From Tubiluchus corallicola (Eukaryota; Animalia; Priapulida), in NCBI GenBank assembly GCA_030141605.1, contig JAQGDQ010000021.1, positions 310,001 to 374,000 of the forward strand: a stretch of DNA of 64,000 nucleotides. Reading direction: 5' to 3'. This document shows positions 12,324 through 26,333 of this stretch, one piece after another. Below the pieces are notes generated by a model. The model made no database searches and was not told the origin of the DNA. It worked only from the letters and a program-made list of their open reading frames with translations. The position numbers were made by a program, and so were the translations under genes. Position 1 is the stretch's first letter; every line of letters starts with the position of its first letter.

Positions 12324-15300
12324 GTACTGTCACTGGTAAGTAGTGCCACATGGCACTGTCATATTATTTACTTTTGTCTTACAGTTGTTATTGTACAACA
12401 GAAACCCTATGTTTGTCTGCAATTTTTTTCTTCATTATAAGTCTTGCAGATTCAACAAAAAGTATGTCATAATTACCTGAATTTTTTACGAAACTGTTAT
12501 TTGTGAACTAAAAGTGTGAAGCAGTGATTTTGACTTTTTTGTTGAAATTCAACAAGTTTTTCATAGATACTGCAGCTGCATTGCAAAGTGCAATCAGATG
12601 AAAAAAGTTTTGCAAATTTTGGTCGTGTATGAATGGCCCTTGTAATTAAACAGATATTACTTCTATGGTGAAGACATTGACATCAGTATAAAAGCTTGTT
12701 ACTAAAACTGGCATTATTTTTGTTTCGCTGCATATTTTCTTTGCCCACATTATTGTCACCTTTATCACCACCATCATTCACACCACTGCTGTTATTTTTG
12801 CGTGCAGTGGCGAGCATTACTATAGTTCATCAGCCTCTGTAGTAGTTATGTATACAACTAAAAGATGTGAAATGTAATAATTGATACTGCTTTAATATCC
12901 TCGCAGTTCACACCTTCAACAAGGTGTTACAAATCACCAAATTTGTTGATAAACTTGTAAACACCATAAAGTTACCACAAAAAAGGGTATAAACATTAAA
13001 TTACTACAAAAGAGATGAATTGATTGCTGAGCGACTCATCTAGAACAATGGATCCTGCATAAGAGAGCGAAAATTTGCAAATACTGCTTTCCTTCCTTAG
13101 TTCCTGGAATTTCCCCAAGTGGAATGCACACTAGACTGACAATCATTGTTGGAAGCCGGTATAGACGAAAACCCCAGTCACAGACATAAAAAAGACGTTA
13201 ATTATACTTAGGGGGGACTGTGGGCCACGGTCACAGTTAAATTGCCATTGTTATTGTCACCACCTTTGCGGTAATTGAGAATATCTCTCTCTGTTCTAGC
13301 TTTTGTTACTGAGTGTTTATTATTTCACTTGCTCAGCTCTTGCTGTGCACTTAATCTACAATGAAATTTCAGAGTCAGTTAGTTTTCTAGACTGCATTAG
13401 ATTTTTCATTTCAATCAATTGCATTATTCAGCAAGGTAGTGTTAGTCAAAGTAAAGTTTTTTTATGGCATGACAGTCTCACTTGTATTGGTTAATATTTG
13501 ATTGGATTGCAATCACTGGCTAACACATTCCAGAGACTGGGTAATAATTTTATTCAAGAGAAGCCAATTACTTCAGATGGTCTAGATTAGTTCAGAAACT
13601 TTAAATAATTAAGACGTGACTAGTTCGGGTCAAGTTTACTATAGTCATTATCATGGCATATATGATTTTTTATTTATCATATGATTTTTTTACTCATTTA
13701 CTGTTCCATATTTCATGATTTTTGTATTACTTCTTGTAAATACTGTATGCTTTCATTTACCAGTGCCATTCCTCTTTTTTGTTCTGAAAATTACCTTGCT
13801 TTTTGCTTAGTTTTCCTTTTTTGCATCATTACCATTTTTAGCTGTTTTGTTATGTTTTCATCTTCCTCTTCCATGTATTTTTTCTTCTTATCTTTTTTCT
13901 CGTTGTCTTCACCATTGTTACTGAAATTGACATGACGTAAATAAATGTTTTTAGAACTGTGCAAAGACAACTTAAGTCTGTAGTGATTGCTGTTTCTTTT
14001 CAGTGGTGCTTATAATGTTTAGTGTTTCTAGCACTTGTGTCACCATCTACAACAATTATTAATAAATTTTGCAGAAGCCAACATAACTTTCATCAGTTTC
14101 TTTATGATTTTGCTGATTTGTTACTTTGTATGACTTTCTTAAAATACTATTTGTGAAATTCCTTATCTTGTTATTGGCTTCTTGTTTTTCTTTTTTGAAA
14201 CGTTTTTATTGTTTTACAGAAAAATGTTGTTATATCTCATTCAGGAAACAGGAAAATGAAATGCCAAAGAAACGTTGATACATCGCAGCAATAATATTTT
14301 GATTGTATGCTGCAACTGCGATCAATCTCATTGAATTTTGATACGTGATATGCAAGGCAATTACAATCTAAATGGACAAATGTCAACATAAAAAAACTTA
14401 CTGGCTGTAATCGCATGTTATGTGCACTTCTTATTATATTATATTATATTATATTACAACGATACTGTGTTGTAGCTGAGCCTCGTGGCTTCATTATAAA
14501 TGGCTTCCAGCTTCTTATAGCAGATAATTATTTGCTTTAATGATGTATCTGCCAGCGGGTGATTCCTGTATAACTAGGGCAACCTGTTGGCTTCATACAA
14601 ACAAACCTATTTGTTCTTTGATTCGTGATTATCTGAATAACATTATTGAGCTGGATAACAAAAACTTTATGGGCTTCATTAAATATTCACTGGGGTAAAG
14701 AAAGGCTTCCCACCAGCAGTAATTTTCAAATTCTTGTCATTCCTGACCTTGAAAACTATTCGAGTTGAGAGTAAACACAGTTTTATGGCTTTGGAGTGAA
14801 GTGCATTTGCTTGGTCAGTGTGTATTGTTTGCGTACCATTCAAAGCCAGCCATTTGCTTTATATTACAGAGCAGTAATGATTCTCCTGGAGTGATTTGCA
14901 AAATCTGCTAGATTTATTCGTGGCATTTGAGCAATGGATTATGACAAAAATTGATTGAATATCTTGCAAAGCAGATTTCTCTTGTGCTCTATCTATCTTA
15001 TGCATTTCCTATAAGAAGCTGAAGGGTTCAGTGTTTATTTCTAGATTGTAAAGGAAAAGAATGTTTGCTGAAGTGAAATTCAAGTGTAGTTGTATAGCGA
15101 TTATTTTAGCATTTGTAAATTATTATTTTAGAGTTGGGAAAGTTTTGTTAGAAAATAATGTGTAAGGTTATGTATTGCATGCCTTGAGTTGGACTGTCTG
15201 TTGTTACTTTTGTAATTTTTATAGTTTTTCATATTTATTATCTGTTGTATATAGGTTATTTTTAATAATTAATGGTATTTTTATATTGCATTGAAAGATT

Positions 15301-17590
15301 TAACTGCATACCTTGTAGTGTGTGTATCAGCGCTTAAGTTACAAGTATCAAAAGTTATCGTATGGTGTTATTTCATTCTTTGTTATCTTAAAAACAAACG
15401 GTTTGCTTTCAAATAAATCTGGGCATAATTTCAGAATGAATTCACAACTTTAAAGCATCCAGGTCATCCGTAGTGTTTGTTTTTGTGAGTGAATTACGAA
15501 TTTAGGACATTTTGTTTTAGACTTCTAGGCTATATAAGCTCTCTAGCGATTCCTTGTGTATAACGTATGAGCATTTGGTGAATGTTATGGTTGCTAGTGG
15601 TTAACCATAATGACATAGTGGTTAACGTAAGTTATAATGTAAATTACTGGATAATTCTTCACATTGAAGTGGGAACAAGGGAATAAATGACTTGCCACAC
15701 GAATGCACCAAGACTAGCTTGCTATTAAGCATCAAATATCGATTGGATAATACCTTTAAAAGCATTTAATAACTCTAATCTGTAGCTCAATAGCTTAATA
15801 TGTAATGGACAGACAGGATGGCAATTTGTCATTGCTACAACAGGCATTTATGAAATGAAGGTGATAACATAGGCTCGAGTTTGAGAGCTAAATCATTTTT
15901 CATGATGGCGCAACATTACGATAATACGATTTCACAACGTAGGAAACTTCTTATTTATTCATTGGGATTTTGTTGTGTGCAATTTAAGAATTTAGTATAT
16001 TTGTTATAGAGGTTTTGTCAGTCTGTAATTCTGCTTGCTACTTTCGTTGAAAGTCATGGAAATCCAAAAAATGACATTCTTGTTATTCTATGGTAAATAG
16101 TGTTGTACATGTTCAAAGTTATCTGTATTATGACCTCAATGTTTTATAAACTTTGCCAGTCCCCAAACCAGGATCGTACTCTCACTGGCATATGTTAATG
16201 TATCCGGTTGTATCTGAATTAAAATATAATTTATCAAGAATAATTCTTTGACAAAAGAAACCCTGAACTCGCAGAAGTGTCTCAACCTTATTTGGTTGTG
16301 TTGACGTCTCGTTGAACAAGAGAATTAGACGGAAGCAGAAGTGCCACTGTCTAGAACAAATTTCGCGGTGGTCACCCATCTGCTTCCTAACCAGACCAAC
16401 ACTATGCTGCTGCCTTGTTTAAAATCGAATGTGAATAAGTTTTTAACTACCAAAATTTCTCCTTCATAACAAAAACAGTACTTTCACAGCAAAAAAGTGG
16501 AGTTTCAACTTATTCCTGTTATAAAATGGTAGGAACACTTACGGAATGGTAAGCCTTTCCGCACCGGTTCTGTTTCTTTAAAAAATCCGTTATTTGTTCC
16601 TGGTTTAAACTTATTTTCTCTAATTTGTATCTGCACAGTATGAATATTATGAAACGCCATTCCGTTTATGTCATTTATTACGGCCAATGATGGGTAATAA
16701 TCTAGCTTGTGTGTGCAGGATCACTCTGAAATGGAATGCATTTTGGATTCCGTAACAGATTTTGCGCGATTTGTAATGATTTATTACGTCTCATTATAGT
16801 CGCTGACTGGTAATAAATTGGTTTCAGTGTGTTAGTGCTTGTTGATAACTTCCATCAATAAGTCAAGTGATCAAGTGTAAAGAAGCAGTGGAGCTTCACA
16901 ATGCTGTGCTGCTTTGTAAGGCTGCGTTCACACACAAATATGTATACATCTATGTTTAATGCTTCAGTGCCTTGCACACGAATATTGTGACAACGAAATC
17001 TAGCGTATTTAGCGAAAGCTTGGAGACTATTGCAGCACATTCGCAGTTCTGCGCACTACAAGCCACAGACTAGCACCTAATAGCAGAGTTCACTACTATT
17101 AATGATGATGGTTGTGGCAGAACTGAAATCTAGCAAACTGGCAGCGGTGTTTTGCCAACGTTCAGATGTGGTGCTTTTGCTAAAGGGGTTCAGAAACAAC
17201 GAGTAACAGCGAGAGACAATATTTGCTTTCTAAACCCACGTATATAAGTTTTGTAACATATTTCTACTGTACCAACAGAATTAATTTTTTCAGTGCACTT
17301 GATCAAAGTGCCTCCCAGGGCAGACTGCCCCTCTAACTTTGGTTATGCTACTGTGTCCGCATGTCCTCTTTCAATGAGGGAGATAGCCAAGGCCGTGCGA
17401 GAAGCAAAACTGCAGAGTTACATGTATAAGTGTTAGATTCTATTTAAAAAAAGACTTTGATTTATTTATTCTTTTATTTCAGCTCGTAGACATGCATACA
17501 TGGTAAAATAGTATACTGTACATAGATTTGAAAGTAAACCAATATTTTTCTTTCCCAGTATCCAAGCAGTAATATGTTAACATCTATTTA

Positions 17591-17783
17591 AGTGGTGTTT
17601 ATGTAGATCCGGATGCGTATGCGGATGCGTTTCCATCTGTGAACAGCCTGTCGAAAGATAGATAGAAATACATATAGCTGCAGAAAAAGAATAACGCATA
17701 CGCAGGCTGCATAAACGGGTGCATTGAAAACAATATAAACCGATTTTATCTGTTCCGCATCCAGATGCTACGTAAATTCCACT
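17591..17783. mobile_element. PIF/Harbinger-type MITE
   Basis: Imperfect terminal inverted repeats AGTGGTGTTTATGTAG / CTACGTAAATTCCACT, flanked by TTA on both sides (3-bp TSD). Confidence 0.6.
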
Positions 17784-18744
17784 TTAGTTTTATGATGTAA
17801 CTGCCTGTTACTGATTAGTAACTTCAAAAAGACGTGTTTATCTAATATGTCAGACAGCGCAGGGTTGTCTGTGCACCAATTTTTACCGTAAGGCAAGGAG
17901 AACTTCCTCTCATTATGCATTCAACTGATATTCATAAATACTTCAAAATACTCACGTTACAAATCGATTTATAATAAAGCCTTGAATCACATTTTTAAAT
18001 TAACATTGTAAAATTCTCAAAAAATCCCGCCTTTCCAAATTGCGTTTTCATGGCTGTTCAATGGGAAAAAGAGTTGACTGATTAACATAAAAAAAATTTC
18101 TCCAACTCCTGATTAAACCAGCCAATGTGAGCACGTGTCGAGAAAATAGCCGTGGAATCCCAAGACATCTTGAAACTCGATGCAAAACAATTTTTTGTCT
18201 CAGCTCTGACTGAAATAGTGCGCAAATGTGTAAGACGATCTTTCTATCTTTTGATCGTTCAAGTTCGATTCACTCTTTCGCCTTTGAGTCCCGCTGTTTT
18301 TCTGTCTGTAATTTGCATTTAATTTGCATACGATTCGCCTCTAATTAACATTTAAATGTTAATTAGAGACATTACTGCATTACCATGCACAGATAGTAAC
18401 TGAATAAAAATTAATGAAGGAGTTAATAGGGATTGTGAGGATGCGAATTTTATTTTAAATTGGTCCCTGGCGCGGAAACTTGGCGCTGTGACAGAAAGTT
18501 CACCTTGAATCGATGTGCTTTTATCGAATTAAAGTTGCCTGAACTTTGGTGACGTAATTTTCGGCGGTAACAAGCTAGGAAAACAACAATTAGCCGCACA
18601 TCAGACGTTATTAATCACAGGCTAAATGCCGTCTGGCTTTAAGCACGTAAACATCGCTTCATTGATGACGTCGCAGCCGCAGGCTGATAGTATGTTTAAG
18701 TTTTGTCACAGTATTTAATATGTATACATTTTCATTACATTTTG

Positions 18745-18813
18745 TAATAGTAGTAGTAGTAATAACGGCAGCAGCAGTAGTAGTAGCAGTAGTAGTAGTA
18801 GTAGTAGTAGTAA

Positions 18814-18864
<51 letters not shown>

Positions 18865-18874
18865 CAGTAGTAGT

Positions 18875-18915
<41 letters not shown>

Positions 18916-18940
18916 CAGCAGCAGCAGCAGTAGTAGTAAT
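18745..18940. repeat. Compound (GTA)n/(GCA)n trinucleotide microsatellite
   Basis: Directly visible. Produces the poly-V/A and poly-T/A pseudo-ORFs. Confidence 0.95.
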
Positions 18941-19047
18941 CGCTGTTAAATCCGGTTTCTGCACCTTGTGGTACACACCTTGCTATGACTAAACTAGATG
19001 AGGCTTTCCCTTACGTAATGGTAATAGTCCAAGAGCCCGTGACGAAA

Positions 19048-20128
19048 TAACCTCCTTATCAGGAAAATAATTTTCGACCACTGCATATTGTAGGTATGGT
19101 TGTGGTATTTCACAAATGACTACCCGTTTGTCGTGGGAGCGGGCTTTCAGGGGGTACGCCATAAAAAATAGGTACACCACGAAAGACCTATAGCCTCCTC
19201 ATCACGAACATGATTTTCGACCACTGCATATCGTATGTATGACTCTGGCTTTCATGAAGCAACTGCATTCATGAAAAAAGAAAAGCTGCTCCCACTGAAA
19301 TTTTTAGAAAACTGCCCTGACATCCAAATAGCTTTTGCGTCAATTAGTGCTTGAACCATCAACATCATTGAGAAATTCACTTGCCAAATGTATGGCACAA
19401 CTCCCAAGCAGTTAAAGAAGCCAGAGTTATGAAGTTTATAGACACTTATCAGCCATTTTCCGAAGAAAAGCCATTAAGTATGATAAAAAGAATGGATGCG
19501 AGTGCAATGCCTCCATATAGATCAGTTCGCGCGTTAATTACATGAGACAAATGCCACAAGGGAATCACTATTATGTGATACACAACTTTACGTAATGGAA
19601 GCATTTATTCTACTAGTATTAATGCTGCTAATGAAGAAGAAGAAGATGATGATGATGATGATTCTAGTGGTATCGATGGTTTTGATATTGGGATAGCATT
19701 AACCTCAGTTGAAGTCAGTTTTCATTAAATCGTTTTTAATAAACTAGCATATCGTAATTACATTAAATTAGATTACCTTTTCAGCATAAATGCAGTATAA
19801 AACTTTACATTAGGTCAGTAAACTCTATAAAACTTCAAACGCGGCATTAGATTACTGATAGCTAAAACTAAGTTTGCTTGAATAGCTTGGTGATATTACA
19901 GTGTCTGGTGACTAATCCAAAAACATCCCAAACAAAATAATCCGTTTAGCTGTCAAAGGACAGACTTAGTACATAGGTCTACGATACAATTATGTAACGA
20001 GGTATCTGTTTTAGGACGTATCCCCTGAAATCCCTGCTCTCCCGAAAAACGGGTAATCATTTCTGGAATGACAGACTCACATCTGCGATACCTAGTGGTC
20101 GAAAAGTACGTTCGTGATGAGGAGTCTA
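19048..20128 (+). mobile_element. Academ-like DNA transposon deletion derivative with long TIRs
   Basis: An inverted repeat of about 130 bp pairs 19048-19180 with 19998-20128. A second, shorter left end starts TAGCCTCCTCATCACGAAC at 19191, and the right end reads TAGACTCCTCATCACGAAC on -. The interior holds decayed coding fragments IEKFTCQMYG and KRMDASAMPP plus an acidic tail. Superfamily is inferred from the TAG termini and these motifs. Confidence 0.55.
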
Positions 20129-23100
20129 TATGCATTTGAGGAGTACTTACATGTATTTTGAGGCGTACTTAATTGTGCGAAATCAAGTAAATCAGTCAGT
20201 CAGTCCGGCACTTATTTATGTAGTCATTCTCATTCGTTTATTAATTCATTCTCTCGCTTATTCCTTCATTCGCTGATTGATTCTGTCATTCATTCACGCA
20301 TTCTTTACCAGTACGACTAGGCGCAGTATTGGCTGTGCAGGAAATCACGTCTTTGCGCAGTAAGCCCACATAGTATCTTTCATACTGAACACATTCAACA
20401 CAGCGCATGTTGAACGCGTTTGTGTAGTGAAACCCCGCATTGCGTAATTCTTAATGGTGAAGCCAGTGTCAATGCTGTGTTTATATTGCGAATTGTAATC
20501 AGCGCAACGTAATTATGTAATTTTAATAGTTTTTTGCGATTTGCAAGTAAAGAGATACGACTAAATATATTTGTGAACCAAATGAGGCCGCATTAAACTA
20601 TTGCCAAACCGAAATTAAATTTTGAAATGAACTTCAGCTTTTCAATTTTCAGTGTCTAAAATACCATAAAGGTGCGCCAGACTTGAGTCAGTTACATATT
20701 TCGAGCGGTGCATTTTATGATTTTATAGTAAACTGTATAAGAGACAGTATCAATACAAACAGTAGTAGAAAAAATAGCTTTGATATACCATGTGACTTTT
20801 TTTCACCTGTAGACCACATATATCAGGTAAGTAATTAATCTTACTAAAACTGGACAAAATTGTTTGATTTGTTCTTTTAATTGGTGGATCTTTTTGCTTT
20901 TGTTTATTTGTTTGTTTCTTCATTTGTTTGCACATTGTTTGGCCTGTTTGTTCGTTTGTTTATTGTTTTAATTATTCGTTCATCCTTGATTGTCAGAGCT
21001 GTTTGTATGCTTTGATTGTTTACTTCAGCGAGTGGAAGAACTGAATGATCTGTGTATGTATTTAAGTTAAGCAATGCTGCATCTAGTTAATAAATGGATG
21101 GGTGGAAAAATTGGTACAAATATGGTATACATTAGAAACCTTAATATATATTTTCTTGATATACCCTTTTTCAATAACTTAACATAGAGATAATGATTAA
21201 CCAGTGTTACCGTTATTTAAAATTAAAGCAAAGAAAATCTAGATGGATAGGTTTCTATGCACGACATGCAAACACAATAAGATAATAAGAATATGTATAT
21301 ACTGTCCCTCAAACGCAATTCATAAAAATACACAGAAAGCTTGCTAAAAGGTACGTGAGGGTATAATAAACTCTGTGGCTAAAATTTGATGTTAACGATT
21401 CCGTAGCGCAAAACTTGGAAATACCATTATCAAGCAACTCAAATATTTTTTGTTGGTGGTGCACAGCTATATATTGGATAATCCCGGTATCTCGTATAAA
21501 TGAGCCATTGAAACTTTTTCTGCCGTAAAATCGTACGACGAATTTTTTCATTAATGCTACTTTATCTTTCGCAAAATTTAAATTGTTAGCTAAAATTGTT
21601 TAGAGCGGTCTTTAAATAACGTGGTGTTTAATTGATGAACGGGGAATAATGACATGAGATACGGCATCCGAGATGTGACTTTTTGACTTTTTTGATTTTT
21701 TTTACATCAAAAGTGTCATTCAATTTCGGCCATTCAGGACGTCGTCCAAAACTGATAAAACATTAAATAAAAAGTAATAGTACATATACTGAGTTTTTGT
21801 AAAAATAAGTGAAATGAAAACGCACAAATGCAAATATTGTTAATTAAAAAAGAAACTTTTTTGTTCAACCTTCTTCCACAATAAAAAAGAACTTTCAGAC
21901 TGTGTGAGTTTTTTAGAGAATAGTCTGCTTTTGTTCAGCCAGGTGCTCGTTGTCCTCGTCTTCGTTGTCATCGTAATTGTTAACAAATACATAGTAAGGC
22001 AACAATTAATGTACTTAGAAATAACATAAAAGAAATTAAACAAGCAAACAAACAAGTCAAAAATGTTTATAGTTCAACTATCAAATTAAAAATTTGCAAA
22101 AAACAAACAAACAAACAACTTTCTTGAATTTGAAAAAGGGAAGAAAAGAAAGAAGGAAAGGGATAAGATAGCAGAATAGATGAGAAGAGAAGAGAAGAGA
22201 AGAGGTAAATGGCCAAGAATAGAAGAGAGGAAAGTAAGGAAGAGGAGTCTTAGAAGACTCTAGTCTGCAAAACCATTAGGACACAGTGATATTCCTCATA
22301 TAAATTCGTAGTAAGTAGCAGAACCAATTTATTGTAATTAAATTTTAATAATTACACTGACATTTGCGTGGTTTTACGTACTACAACAAAAGAAAATTAA
22401 CACAAATAAATTCAGTCAGACGTTAAATAAGTGCTAATAAACTACATGCAGTGACAATAGAGAATGTTGCAAATTTACTAAAATTTACTGTTGACAGTGC
22501 GAACCGCAAAAGGATAGAAAGAATTAAAAGTCCTTGTGGTCTTCGCGTTAAGTGAACGGCATCTACGGCCAGAGGGAGCATTTCAAAAAAATTATTACCA
22601 GAATGACATTCGTCATTAATGAAAACTTGTGCTCTTTTTGCGGCCCTCGTTTCATACAAATGTGCCATAAGTTGCTGTTTAATTCCTATTATTTTTGATG
22701 TGGATTTACAACCTGAAGCATTGCGATCTCTCTACGTGCTAGCGCCATACAAAACAGTGAGGGATGTTGTTAAGAAACTCTCATTACTGCCCCATAAAAA
22801 CTCTGTATCACAGCATTGGCAATGTTAAACGATTTAAGTTGTCTTAAAAAGTACAGACGTTGGCTGGCCTGTTTTACACAACATAGCACATTAGCTTCCC
22901 ATTTAACATCACGTGAAATTTTTGATTTGTACTATTAATAAGTAAAAGTAGTTTTCCATCAGGCTCTTTTCTAAAATCTATGATCATTCCTTTTGTTTTT
23001 GAAACGTTCAGTTCTAAATTATTCAGTTCGCATCATCGTACTAAATTTTGAACTTCTGAAAAATAACTATTCTCGTTGTTATTCAAATAAGGCAAGCTGC

Positions 23101-24047
23101 ATATTTTATACTTCATATTTCATAGCTCATACTTCCCTGAATATTTGAATTTTGTGTAACTGCAACTCTAAATTAGCCTTAATGGGAGGAACACGTTTTG
23201 AAATCCATTTCCCGCGTTAAATAGGAAACTGTTACTACAGTGGCCTGTTATTTGTAATACTTATGCTACTCAATATTCAGGAGCGTGTGTCTTTCGTAAA
23301 TCAGTTATATTGCTCACAAACGCCCATAACTTTTTCCATTGGTTTTGTAATTTTGTGCAAATTTTACTGCATGCATTCCCGGAAAAAAACAAAATACAAA
23401 TTCTGACGTATTATTATTAAACTTATTTATGTCGTATTTCAGGTTTTTTTCCATGTAGCTTTTACGTCTCTTTCAGGTTTCTTTTTTTTGTGTAAAAACT
23501 TTGTAATATAGCCAATATCCACGATCCAATGAGGCGTAACAAACTGATATTCCGTCTTCTAGAAACATTGGAAAAACTTGAAAAATACATGTACAAACAA
23601 TGGTTGTGATAAACTAGCAAGGATTCACCTCGAGACAGAAACTTGCTAAGATGCCCAATCTAGTCAGCATTTAGGCTGCATGTAAGTTTCTAAATTTGTT
23701 TGATAATCATGTTGCCAAGTTTACGGTTTCACTACTCAAGTCTGCTTAATCACCCTCAAGTCAAAGCAATGTCACTTTAGCTTTCTATCAGACTAATCTG
23801 GTAAAGCTTTAAATTTAATTATGCCGACGTGCATTTCAGTTGATATCAATGTTGCCCTTACAAGATTTTCTTTCAGCATACATTGAAGCATTTTATTGTA
23901 AGCCATTTTGTAATTATTGTTTAGTATCATTGAATGTACATTGCTTTTTGTGAGAAATATATCTAAATCTAAATGTAGTCTCTAACATGTGAAATGAAAC
24001 GGTTAGACAGTTTTTTCATGTTGGAACGTGAGAGTGTTTACTTCAAT

Positions 24048-24169
24048 CAAGGCCGTCTTAACACATGGGCACTTTGGGCAGTTACCGTTGGCCCACGATC
24101 ATAGGGACCCCATGCTAATCTGCTGCAATGCGTTGCCCGGGGGCCTATAATGCTGTTAAGACGGCCCTG
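24048..24169. mobile_element. hAT-type MITE (122 bp)
   Basis: TIRs CAAGGCCGTCTTAACA / TGTTAAGACGGCCCTG with a perfect 8-bp TSD ACTTCAAT at 24040-24047 and 24170-24177. Confidence 0.85.
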
Positions 24170-25384
24170 ACTTCAATACTTTGGGGTAAGAAGTCGCCCC
24201 TTATATAGAATGTTACATAAAATCGCTCCTTATCTAAGAAGTCACATGTATATATGTGGTAGCTGTTCGTCGAAATTTTTGATACCCAATCCATCCTTTA
24301 CATCATTGAGGGCATTGGAGCTCGCGTCACGATCACATAATCACATAAGCGCTTTGTACTGCGGCAAAAATGCGTCTTTATCCGAGATTTGAAAAACTGG
24401 AAAATGTTTAAGAAGTGAATGTGTAGCGTTTGGGGCTGTTTATAACTTGCATAAGATCTGTTTTAAAATGTAGTACAATATTATACTATAGTGCAGGGGC
24501 CTTGGTTATAATGCAAGTTAGTATAAGTATATGGAACGTGTCACAGAAGCCCTATCTGCCCCCCCTCCATTTCTGTGTGGCTATTGCTCAAAACCTTACT
24601 GACAATCTGTAGTGGCTTAAATGCTTGAAATGAAGCGCGGCCAAGCAAACAGTTTTGCAAAAATCTTATCCACTTCATCATCCGCGTCTTTCCAACAATC
24701 TGATGGGCGGCTTACGGAAATTCCTATCAAGGAACGAAACGGGCAAAATGGCTGGAAAATCTTATCAGCATCTTGCTGTTTTGAAATGAACACATGCAGT
24801 GTGGCAAATGGTACTATGGATATATTCCGCGTCACTCGGCGGCATCAGAGTTTTTTCCTCAAGGAAAATGACATCAGTGCCAGGTTTTGCTAGCTGGTAT
24901 AATTACAATGGACAGCGGCAGCAGTAGCTGCAACAGCAGCCTGCAGCTGCTCAGCAGACAGCATGAAACGGCCACTATTGCGCCAATTAGACAACACGTT
25001 TACTGCTTAATAAAAACCTAATGGCCTGGTGCGAAGTCATACAGATTTTTACACAGTTTTAGATTTTTCAGGCCATAATGTTTTTACGATGATGAAAGGC
25101 TGCTTCAGGAAATTATGAAGTTGAATAGCCGAGTTTACGTGCGTCTCGGGTTTCGAAGCGAAAGCAAGACGGGATTCAGATTCGTTAAATTTTCGTTCGG
25201 TTTCCTCTTTACAGATTAATCTCTCTTGTGAGACATGATCCTTTCTTAGAGAGCTAGTATTAGAGGAGAGCTTAATGAAAATAATTGAAACTGCCAAAAT
25301 TGGCGTTTGTAGAAGGATTATTGGCAATTTTTCTTCCTTTAAAATAACAGCGAATCGGTGACCTTCTACTTTACGTCTTTGTCC

Positions 25385-25424
25385 CTCCCTCCCGTCTCCT
25401 CTTTCTTTCTCTCTCTCTCTCTCT

Positions 25425-25471
<47 letters not shown>

Positions 25472-25547
25472 TGTCGTTGTCTCTGTTCACTCTCTCTCTC
25501 TCTCTCCGCTCTCTCTCTCTCTTCTCCCCCTCTCTTTCTCTCTCTTT

Positions 25548-25598
<51 letters not shown>

Positions 25599-25625
25599 CT
25601 TTCTCTTCCTGTTTTTTTCTTTCTT
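25385..25625. repeat. (CT)n microsatellite / pyrimidine tract
   Basis: Directly visible. Confidence 0.95.
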
Positions 25626-26164
25626 TATTCTTCCAGTTTCTCTTTGAATTTCATCTTAATGTCCTATTCTGCTCTACACACGCTTCTTGCTTTCGCTATC
25701 CTGTCTGCTCATTCATCCTGATAATCAAGCAGCATTGGGTCGATAGACAACACCATAATTAGACGAATTTGTGAAGATGTTGCACTAGAAGTGGTTAATG
25801 AAACCACTCAGATCAATCCTCTAATAATCCCTCTCTGTCATCTCTCTCCTACTTCTGGCAAACAGACAAATTGACGAAAATGAGCAAATAAATGAATTTT
25901 AGCAAATAAAAACAAACAGACAAGCAAAAGTAAACAAACGCGCAAAGAAATGAGAAAACTGGTGGTTAAAGCGAAATTCAGACTAGAAAAAAGACTAGAA
26001 GAAAGGAAGGAAGAAAAGTGGGTTGAGCTATAAGATACTGAATAAGATACACGTAGTAAATAAATGAACAGGTAAAACAATAACTAAATGAGTGAATGAC
26101 TTAATGAATAAATGATAATATAAACGTATGAATTGGCGAATAAACGAATAAATAAGGAAATGTA

Positions 26165-26333
26165 CGAATAAATGAATGAATGAATGAATGAATGAATGAA
26201 TGAATGAATGAATGGATAAATGAACGAATGAATGAATGAACGAATGAATGAATGAATGAATGAATGAATGAATGAATGAATGAATGAATGAATGAATGAA
26301 TGAATGAATGAATGAATGAATGAATGAATGAAT
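26165..26333. repeat. (GAAT)n tetranucleotide microsatellite
   Basis: Directly visible. Confidence 0.95.

Noticed and set aside
14220-14600. Selenocysteine read-through of the split TGA using the downstream hairpins as a SECIS
   Set aside because: I could not identify a canonical AUGA/GA quartet with an apical AA, and AK7 is not a known selenoprotein.
18659-18992. Poly-Thr/Ala and poly-Val ORFs (mucin- or antifreeze-like)
   Set aside because: These are translations of a GTA/GCA microsatellite.
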